In this document: positions 57,263 through 64,000 of the stretch, piece by piece | Layout of the letters: each line of letters starts with the position of its first letter | How positions within the stretch are numbered: the first letter of the stretch is position 1 | Origin: an uncultured Candidatus Saccharibacteria bacterium | GTDB taxonomy: Bacteria > Patescibacteriota > Minisyncoccia > Phycocordibacterales > UBA9973 | Length of the DNA stretch: 64,000 nt | Direction: 5' to 3' | NCBI GenBank assembly: GCA_964646765.1 | Contig: CAZYIA010000001.1 | Span: forward strand, 1,334-65,333 | The notes under the pieces: model-generated | What the model was told of the DNA's origin: nothing | Database searches by the model: none | The model's input: only the letters and a program-made list of their open reading frames with translations | Program-made: the position numbers and the translations under genes

Positions 57263-58579
57263 ATGGCAGGTCTTAGTCATTCCAATTTAATGCGTCTTAA
57301 AGTCCTATTTGCTGTTTTGGTAATGGGATTAGTAGTGTTTGTCTTCGGCCCTACTATTCGAGCATATTTCTATCAGACTGGTTCTTCTAATGCTCCATTC
57401 GGATACAACTATGGTTGGGGTTATGGATACCGTCAGGTAACCCTACCGCCCTTTTTAGGAGGCGGAATTGATTACCAATATGGTTACGGATATGGTTATG
57501 GATACGGGTATGGATATGCCAATGATCCTTCGGGGACTGGATACGGTTATAACGATGGCTTTGGCTATGGATTTGTCCAGTTCTTTACTCCAAAAGACGC
57601 TCCGGGGATTTACTTACCCGAGACACTGAAAGTAACTACGGCTTCGTCTAGCGCGACGGTAGATTACTATTCATATTTTTCTGCGAGACTAAAAGTGTAT
57701 TACAAATCATACACAACATCTGTTCCTGCTGCGCCATTTACTGATAGCACAACACTAACTGGTGATTTCTATTCGGGTAACGGGACCCTTTCAGTAAGTA
57801 ACCTTAACTGTGGTACGAATTATGCTTTTTACGTTGCCGCTGTTGATGCCGGGGGTAATGAATGGCCGTCAGAAACCATACTCGTTAAACCTACAGATCA
57901 TTGCTCAGGAGGCGGCACCTCCGGTGGTTCAGGTTCGATTGTACCAATTCAATTCTTGGTGAATGCTCTCTCAAGTGTTCCTGGTACAGTTGAATATCGC
58001 TATATTGCTCACCAGGGTGGGCGAATTGAAATTACTTCTGGCGTTGCTTGTGATGAGGATTTTATTACCTCTAACATTCAATTTGGAAAGAAAAATAATC
58101 CAACCGATGTTCGCAGACTTCAGTTCTTTTTGAAAAATGTTCTTCAAAATCCAGGAGTAAAAATTACGGGAATCTATTCCAAAGAAGATGAAGCGATTGT
58201 TAAAAATTTTCAAAAGAAATATCTTGTTGATATTTTGCAGCCATGGGGTTTAAATTCTGGTACTGGTTTTGTCTACAAAACAACTCGTCCAGTTATTAAC
58301 CGTATGTATTGTGAGTACCGCGCGCTACTTCACTTGGTTTTTGATCGCGACTTAACTCTTGGTTCGACAGGAAACGATGTGCTTCTCTTGCAAAAGTATC
58401 TCAACAAAAACGGCATACTCGTTGCTACAAAAGGTTCCGGATCTCCAGGTAAAGAAACTCATCGATATGGTATTGGTACAAAGAAAGCAGTACAAGTGTT
58501 TCAGAAAAAGCACGGGCTTCCAGAAACTGGAGTTTTGGATGTTGCAACCCGAACTGTCTTAAACGACATCTACGAATAA
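57263..58579 (+). CDS. secreted Tyr-Gly-repeat protein with C-terminal peptidoglycan-binding domain
   Basis: Signal/TM at the N-terminus. (GY)n tract YGYGYGYGYGYGY at nt 57478-57530. C-terminal PG_binding_1-like LGSTGNDVLLLQKYLN...VQVFQKKHGLPETGVLD. Confidence 0.7.
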   Translation: MAGLSHSNLMRLKVLFAVLVMGLVVFVFGPTIRAYFYQTGSSNAPFGYNYGWGYGYRQVTLPPFLGGGIDYQYGYGYGYGYGYGYANDPSGTGYGYNDGFGYGFVQFFTPKDAPGIYLPETLKVTTASSSATVDYYSYFSARLKVYYKSYTTSVPAAPFTDSTTLTGDFYSGNGTLSVSNLNCGTNYAFYVAAVDAGGNEWPSETILVKPTDHCSGGGTSGGSGSIVPIQFLVNALSSVPGTVEYRYIAHQGGRIEITSGVACDEDFITSNIQFGKKNNPTDVRRLQFFLKNVLQNPGVKITGIYSKEDEAIVKNFQKKYLVDILQPWGLNSGTGFVYKTTRPVINRMYCEYRALLHLVFDRDLTLGSTGNDVLLLQKYLNKNGILVATKGSGSPGKETHRYGIGTKKAVQVFQKKHGLPETGVLDVATRTVLNDIYE

Positions 58580-58580
58580 T

Positions 58581-59555
58581 ATGAATAAAAAAGCTCTCAT
58601 AACCGGTGTGCTCGGACAAGACGGTGCATACTTAGCGCAGTTTTTGTTGGCGAAAGGGTATCGAGTATACGGTATGGTTCGTCGTCATTCGAACCAAAAT
58701 TTTACCAATACAGATTATCTCGGGATCACGAAGGATATTGAATTTGTTCCTGGGGATCTTACCGATGAATCTTCACTGATTTCGATCGTAAAGCGAGTTC
58801 AGCCAGACGAAGTATACAACTTAGGGGCCCAATCTTTTGTCGGAGTTTCTTGGGAGCAAACAAAGCACACTACTGAAGTAAATGCTCTCGGTACGTTGTA
58901 TCTTTTGAATGCTATTAAAATGTTTGCACCACTTGCCAAATTCTACCAAGCGTCAACTAGCGAGATGTTTGGGAATGCCGATACTCCAACCCAAAATGAA
59001 AACACACCATTTCACCCACGAAATCCGTACGGTGTCTCAAAACTCTATGCTCATTTCATGACTAAGAATTTTCAAGAGAGCTATGACATGTTCTGCACCG
59101 CAGGGATATTGTTTAATCATGAGAGTCCAATTCGTGGTCCAGAATTTGTGACACGAAAAATTTCGATGGGTGTGGCAAAAATAAAGCACGGTCTTGCTAC
59201 CGAAATTTCTCTCGGCAACCTTGATTCAAAACGCGATTGGGGTTTTGCAGGTGACTATGTTGAAGCAATGTGGATGCTATTACAGCAAGAGAAGCCAGAC
59301 ACCTTTGTTATTGCAACAGGAGAAACACATACCATTGAAGATTTTGTAACTGAGGCTTTTGCCCATGTCGGTATTACCGACTGGAAATCCCATGTTCGTA
59401 TTGATCCACGATTTAAACGCCCCGCTGAACTATCTGTACTTTGCGGCGATGCAACAAAAGCAAATGAAGTTTTAGGTTGGAAGCCAAAGACGTCATTTAA
59501 GGAACTCGTTGCAATGATGGTAGACGCGGATATGAAGCGTCTCGAAAAGAAATAA
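58581..59555 (+). CDS. gmd: GDP-mannose 4,6-dehydratase
   Basis: ALITGVLGQDGAYLAQFLLAKGYRVYGMVRR N-terminus and SDR catalytic YGVSK. Confidence 0.9.
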   Translation: MNKKALITGVLGQDGAYLAQFLLAKGYRVYGMVRRHSNQNFTNTDYLGITKDIEFVPGDLTDESSLISIVKRVQPDEVYNLGAQSFVGVSWEQTKHTTEVNALGTLYLLNAIKMFAPLAKFYQASTSEMFGNADTPTQNENTPFHPRNPYGVSKLYAHFMTKNFQESYDMFCTAGILFNHESPIRGPEFVTRKISMGVAKIKHGLATEISLGNLDSKRDWGFAGDYVEAMWMLLQQEKPDTFVIATGETHTIEDFVTEAFAHVGITDWKSHVRIDPRFKRPAELSVLCGDATKANEVLGWKPKTSFKELVAMMVDADMKRLEKK

Positions 59556-59622
59556 CATTATAGCGGTATCTAGACAGGATTAGTGCACATGTTACTGTGA
59601 AGGTAACTAAATCCCGTCATAA

Positions 59623-60261
59623 ATGAAAAAACTTTTATTCCCAATACTTATTGTGCTGGTTGGCACAATGGTATTACCGCAGAATATTTTTGCTCAAGGC
59701 TGTCTTGAAGCTGACATTATCGTTGCTGTCGACTGGTCAAACAGTGTTTCAAGCAAACGCCAAGAAATGGTTGATGCTCTCTATACGTATAGCCGTGCAT
59801 TTACGCTTCGGAAAGATGGCATTAAACTTGGTATTCTTAGTTTTGGGGATACCTCCCGCATAGAAGCACCCATTACTTCAGATACTAACTACATCGACCT
59901 TGGACTTGCTTCACTTTTTTCTGATAAAGCCGGGCACAGTACTCGGTGTGGAGAAATTCCTGGCTATGCCTCGGTTCTTTTTAATCAGAGTGCTAGCGAG
60001 CGGGGAAAAATTCCTGAAAAACGCTTCCTGATTTTTATTTCTGACGGAGATGTCGAAAATAAAGATTATGTTGCCCAAGACTTTCTTACCTTTGCGGCCT
60101 CCCAAAATGTAGTTGTCTGTGCTATTCAAATAAACTCTGACCTTGCCATAGAAAGGTCAGCCACAAAATTTATGCGTGATATTGCAACACCAGGATTTTA
60201 CTTTACCAGTTCATATAGTAAGATTCAAAGTTTTTTACGAACACTTGATTTATGTATGTAA
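59623..60261 (+). CDS. secreted von Willebrand factor A (VWA) domain protein
   Basis: Signal peptide. MIDAS-like DWSNS (DxSxS). Alternating beta-alpha pattern. 212 aa. Confidence 0.6.
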   Translation: MKKLLFPILIVLVGTMVLPQNIFAQGCLEADIIVAVDWSNSVSSKRQEMVDALYTYSRAFTLRKDGIKLGILSFGDTSRIEAPITSDTNYIDLGLASLFSDKAGHSTRCGEIPGYASVLFNQSASERGKIPEKRFLIFISDGDVENKDYVAQDFLTFAASQNVVVCAIQINSDLAIERSATKFMRDIATPGFYFTSSYSKIQSFLRTLDLCM

Positions 60262-60265
60262 AAAT

Positions 60266-60302
60266 AGAGGTACCCGTTCTAAGATAAGGAGCGGGTACTT
60301 TT
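60266..60302 (+). terminator. intrinsic terminator
   Basis: gtacccg-N15-cgggtac followed by ttttatt. Confidence 0.6.
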
Positions 60303-60354
60303 ATTGACAGATAGCGTATACTAGAGGGTAGGCACCTCGTGTGCCGATATTTGT

Positions 60355-62421
60355 ATGCCTAGCCCATTTATACTCCAAAGTGAATTTAAGCCTGCTGGTG
60401 ACCAACCCGAGGCTATTTCGGCATTAGTGAGTGGGTTACAAAAGGATTACCCTAAGCAAACGCTTTTAGGGGCAACCGGTACAGGTAAAACCTTTACTAT
60501 GGCAAATGTCATTAAAGAGTGGGGGAAGCCTACCCTAGTTATCGCTCATAACAAAACCCTCGCTGCTCAGCTTGCTCAAGAGTTTCGAGAGTTTTTCCCA
60601 ACTCACGCAGTGCATTATTTCGTTTCGTATTACGATTTTTACCAACCAGAAGCCTATTTACCAACCACTGATACCTTTATTGAAAAAGATGCCCAGATCA
60701 ACGAAGAAATTGATCGTCTTCGTCACGCCTCAACTCAGGCATTACTTTCTCGACGTGACGTTATCATCGTCGCTTCAGTTTCTTGTATTTATGGTTTAGG
60801 ATCACCGGCAGAATATGAAAAACGAAATATGAAACTTGCTGTTGGTGAAAAAATGGAACGGACTGAACTCATGCAGCGACTCGTTTCGGTATATTTTGAG
60901 CGAACTAATGCCGATCTCACTCCAGGAACATTCCGTGCTATTGGTAGCAAAATTGAGATTATGCCAATCTCAGAAACATTTTCATATCATATTGTGTTAC
61001 TCGGCGGAAAAATTGAAGCAATTCTTAAAGTTGATCCAGTTTCAAACAAAATACTAGGCGAAGAACAGACCATATTTATTTTCCCGGCGAAGCATTTCGT
61101 AACATCGAAAGACGAACAAGAACGAGCACTCAAAACTATTAAATTAGAACTTGCTGAGCAGCTAAAGAAATTTGAGAAAGATGGAAAGCTGTTAGAGGCT
61201 GAGCGTATTAAGCGTCGCACTAATTATGATTTAGCCATGATCCGCGAGGTTGGCTATTGTTCTGGCATTGAAAACTATTCTCGCCACATGTCGGGCAAGG
61301 CTCCAGGGGAGCCGCCAGATACACTGCTTTCATATTTCCCACACACCAAGAAAGGCGAACCAGATTTTCTCACTATTATTGATGAATCGCACGTAACCTT
61401 GCCGCAGCTTCGTGGTATGTACGCCGGTGATGCTTCTCGAAAAAACACCCTCGTTGAATTCGGTTTCCGTTTGCCTTCCGCAAAAGATAATCGGCCGCTC
61501 AAGTACGAAGAATTTGAAAAGCGAGTCGGAAATGTTATTTACACTTCAGCAACGCCAAGCGAGTATGAACGTACTGAGAGCAAGCAAGTAGTGCAGCAAA
61601 TTATTCGCCCAACTGGCCTTTTAGATCCAGAAATTACTGTTCGGCCAATTATGGAGAATGTTGGTGCTCACTACAAAGGGCAAGTACATGACTTTATTGA
61701 TGAGGCCGCAAAAACTATCCAAGGTGGTGGCCGTGTGCTTGCTACTACGCTCACTAAAAAAATGGCTGAAGATCTTTCGGCGTATCTGAAGGATCGAAAG
61801 ATGAAAGCGGAGTATCTACACAGTGATATTAAAACCATTGAGCGTATTCGTATTTTAACCAGCTTCCGAAAAGGGGAGTTTGATTGCTTGGTCGGTGTTA
61901 ACTTACTTCGTGAAGGACTCGACCTTCCAGAAGTTGAACTCATTGGTATTTTGGATGCTGACAAGGAAGGCTTTTTGCGAAGTGAAACCTCGCTTATTCA
62001 AACTATTGGTCGTGCTGCTCGTAACGCTGCTGGGCGGGTCATTTTGTACGCCGACAACATGACGGGAAGTATGGAGCGCGCCATTGGGGAAACCAATCGT
62101 CGTCGAGCGGTGCAAATGGAATACAATAAAAAGCACGGTATTACGCCAAAAACTATTCAAAAGAAAATTCAGGATATAACTCAGGGTATGGAAACTGAGC
62201 ATGACAAAGCAGTCGCAGCAAACTTGGCGATTGATGCTCAGATCTTTAAAGAAGATCCAGAAAAGCTTATTAAGCTGAAAGAAGAAGAAATGAACGAGGC
62301 TGTAAAAGAACTCGACTTTGAAACAGCAGCTATCTTGCGCGATGAAATAATTGCTATTAAGGCAAAAATACCAAAACTTCCAAAACAACGAAAATTAAAG
62401 AAAGGTGAGCGTCTAATCTAA
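60355..62421 (+). CDS. uvrB: excinuclease ABC subunit B
   Basis: 688 aa. Walker A GATGTGKT, helicase motifs, and a C-terminal UVR domain AAILRDEIIAIK. Confidence 0.95.
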   Translation: MPSPFILQSEFKPAGDQPEAISALVSGLQKDYPKQTLLGATGTGKTFTMANVIKEWGKPTLVIAHNKTLAAQLAQEFREFFPTHAVHYFVSYYDFYQPEAYLPTTDTFIEKDAQINEEIDRLRHASTQALLSRRDVIIVASVSCIYGLGSPAEYEKRNMKLAVGEKMERTELMQRLVSVYFERTNADLTPGTFRAIGSKIEIMPISETFSYHIVLLGGKIEAILKVDPVSNKILGEEQTIFIFPAKHFVTSKDEQERALKTIKLELAEQLKKFEKDGKLLEAERIKRRTNYDLAMIREVGYCSGIENYSRHMSGKAPGEPPDTLLSYFPHTKKGEPDFLTIIDESHVTLPQLRGMYAGDASRKNTLVEFGFRLPSAKDNRPLKYEEFEKRVGNVIYTSATPSEYERTESKQVVQQIIRPTGLLDPEITVRPIMENVGAHYKGQVHDFIDEAAKTIQGGGRVLATTLTKKMAEDLSAYLKDRKMKAEYLHSDIKTIERIRILTSFRKGEFDCLVGVNLLREGLDLPEVELIGILDADKEGFLRSETSLIQTIGRAARNAAGRVILYADNMTGSMERAIGETNRRRAVQMEYNKKHGITPKTIQKKIQDITQGMETEHDKAVAANLAIDAQIFKEDPEKLIKLKEEEMNEAVKELDFETAAILRDEIIAIKAKIPKLPKQRKLKKGERLI

Positions 62422-63068
62422 AACAGACTTCCTTGTTCTGGTTTTCGCATCTCTTTTTTCTCTTCGATAATTTTTTTGGTTTCAGTAGAAGTGCTTGCGG
62501 TTTCGATTGCCTTCGGAATTTTTTTGAAATCTTTCAGTAGCGTTTCGCGCATGCCGCCATTATAGAGCGCTGAAGCCGGATGATAGAGTGGTAAGAAATA
62601 TTCGGTTGGGATGTGCTGAAACTTCTTATGAATTAACTTGCCGTGTACATTTGAAATCTTTAAATCCGGAAAAAAGTCATTCATTGAGTGGCGCCCGAGA
62701 AAGACAATAATTTTAGGGGCAATGAACGAAAGCTCTTCGTAGAGCCAGGGTGCACAATCTTCTTTTTCAGTTGGTAGCGGATCACGGTTATTTGGTGGGC
62801 GGTATTTTACGATATTGGTGATATAGATATCTTCGCGCTTCATGCCAATTTCACCCAGCATTTCATTTAAAAACTGCCCAGCCCGGCCAACAAAGGGGAT
62901 ACCTTGAATGTCTTCGTCTTTTCCTGGAGCTTCGCCAATAAAGACTATTTCTGCGCTCGGATTACCAGCCCCTGGTACCGGCTGAGTAGCCACCTTTTTG
63001 AGTGGGCAGGTGTTTTTGACAAACCATTTTTCATGGATTTGTTTTAATTGTTCGGCTCGGGTTGCCAT
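62418..63068 (-). CDS. uracil-DNA glycosylase, family 4-like
   Basis: GEAPGKDEDIQGIPFVGRAGQ active-site block and HPASALYN C-terminal motif. Confidence 0.8.
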   Translation of the reverse strand: MATRAEQLKQIHEKWFVKNTCPLKKVATQPVPGAGNPSAEIVFIGEAPGKDEDIQGIPFVGRAGQFLNEMLGEIGMKREDIYITNIVKYRPPNNRDPLPTEKEDCAPWLYEELSFIAPKIIVFLGRHSMNDFFPDLKISNVHGKLIHKKFQHIPTEYFLPLYHPASALYNGGMRETLLKDFKKIPKAIETASTSTETKKIIEEKKEMRKPEQGSLF

Positions 63069-63072
63069 AGAA

Positions 63073-63112
63073 AAAGAGTATAAAAAAAAGCAGCGTTGAA
63101 CAAGTAAATTTG
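63073..63112. terminator. bidirectional hairpin terminator
   Basis: aagcagcgttg-N17-caacgctgctt. Confidence 0.6.
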
Positions 63113-63136
63113 TCCAACGCTGCTTCCATTAACTAA

Positions 63137-63865
63137 TTACCAAGGATTGAATTTGCAACCAACCGAAATTACAATTGTGGACATTTCCGTAATGCTACAG
63201 TGAGGATGCTCAACTTTTTCAGAAATACCTGCTAAATAGGCAGCTTCTGCATAGAAGCGTCCTTTGAAGAAGTTCCCCCGAATGAGAGGACCTAACTCGA
63301 AGCGCGGTTCTAATTTAGAAGGAGTAATTCCATCTTCTGCCACAAACTGCAATTTTGTTTCCATAAGCAATCCCAATTCAATAAACCGGTGTGGGGAAAT
63401 CCCTACCTCGGTAAAATTATAGATTGCTTGCGGTTTCAGGTTTGCAATGTGTACCAGATAACTTAAGTCTGAAAAGAAGTACCAGGGATCTTTTTCCACT
63501 TTTAGTAAAAATCCTGGAGCAATACCGGGGTACTCGCCAATAAGCAGGCTCATTTTTGGCACAACCCAAAGGTCAGAACGTTTAGCACAGTCGTAGCCGA
63601 AACCTAAATCAGCAGTCTTGTCGGTATGTAAACCATACTGAAAATCCAGAACAAATTTTCTTTTTCTATCCTTGTGGATAGTCCAGAAAATGTATTCCAT
63701 CTTATCTTCCAGTGGTTTCCGAAGGTGGAAGCTAATGTCGGTAAAGCGGGCCACGTGATGAGCCTCCTTTGTTTTGAAGTGGATATTTTCACCATCGTTA
63801 TGTTCTTGGGTGTAACCAAAAAGAACAAGCAGCAGAGCTGTAAGCAGAGTAAGTAATTTCTTCAT
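63137..63865 (-). CDS. secreted hypothetical protein with Bacteroidetes-style signal peptide and codon usage (beta-rich, possibly an outer-membrane protein)
   Basis: MKKLLTLLTALLLVLFGYTQ signal peptide. AGA/AAG/CTG-rich codons. The upstream sequence, reverse-complemented, ends TAATTTTG-ATG, which matches the TAnnTTTG Bacteroidetes promoter motif. Start placed at the MKKLL Met. Confidence 0.55.
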   Translation of the reverse strand: MKKLLTLLTALLLVLFGYTQEHNDGENIHFKTKEAHHVARFTDISFHLRKPLEDKMEYIFWTIHKDRKRKFVLDFQYGLHTDKTADLGFGYDCAKRSDLWVVPKMSLLIGEYPGIAPGFLLKVEKDPWYFFSDLSYLVHIANLKPQAIYNFTEVGISPHRFIELGLLMETKLQFVAEDGITPSKLEPRFELGPLIRGNFFKGRFYAEAAYLAGISEKVEHPHCSITEMSTIVISVGCKFNPW

Positions 63866-64000
63866 CAAAATTAATTTTTGGGTTAATAAAGTTTTTATTC
63901 GCAACGTCAAACAACGTATGTCAACATTATGACCCAAAAAAATCATTTTGTAAAGGTCTGTTTCGTTAAAAAACCCTTTTGTGCTATAGTCAAATCCATG

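Noticed and set aside
57478-57530. Short tandem DNA repeats that might suggest a CRISPR or VNTR array
   Set aside because: They are in-frame codon repeats (Gly-Tyr) inside a protein-coding gene. No spacer-repeat architecture occurs anywhere in the window.

Overview
This 64 kb window reads as a streamlined, Patescibacteria/CPR-like chromosome segment on the plus strand, broken by several short segments that look foreign by eye.

Host-like backbone:
- Envelope and housekeeping genes: a SEDS FtsW/RodA protein, folD, a PAP2 phosphatase next to uppP, secDF, lemA, an SPFH protein, htpX, two ABC exporter genes, a VIT transporter, an RRM RNA-binding protein, acyP and a GH3 NagZ-like hydrolase.
- Information-processing genes: a KH-domain protein with trmD, rpoB-rpoC-dnaG-rpoD, tsf-rpsB on the minus strand, a short-form proS, mreBC and tgt.
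- An ~11 kb cell-surface glycan cluster (GT2/GT4 glycosyltransferases, two giant polytopic membrane proteins, gmd), followed by uvrB and a family-4 UDG.
- Codon usage is AT-rich with CGT/CGC for arginine. A recurring TTGAC-N16-TAGTAT promoter occurs upstream of rpoB and once more.
- Three tRNAs are called from structure: Ser-GGA, Leu-CAG and Thr-TGT. Each sits beside partial or degenerate copies of itself, which looks like integration or excision scarring.

Segments that differ visibly in codon usage (AGA/AGG arginines, CTG leucines, higher GC; judged by eye, not computed):
- 19005-19517: an E. coli-like ORF sitting where rimM is expected.
- 20304-22018: a membrane HExxH protein plus a small ORF where rplS is expected.
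- 37031-41960: a Bacteroidetes-like pepD, tRNA-Thr, and a lone 907-aa protein. That protein joins an uncharacterised N-terminal region carrying an HEPN-like R-x4-H motif to a C-terminal RecD/TraA-type SF1 helicase. The island is bounded by an exact inverted 36-nt copy of the tRNA-Thr 5' half.
- 63137-63865: a Bacteroidetes-style secreted protein.

The lone helicase fusion is the best candidate for an undescribed defence or mobile-element function. Other leads are two orphan structured-RNA candidates, a DoxX protein with a Cys-rich tail, and a Tyr-Gly-repeat peptidoglycan-binding protein. No CRISPR array, rRNA or integrase/transposase gene was found.
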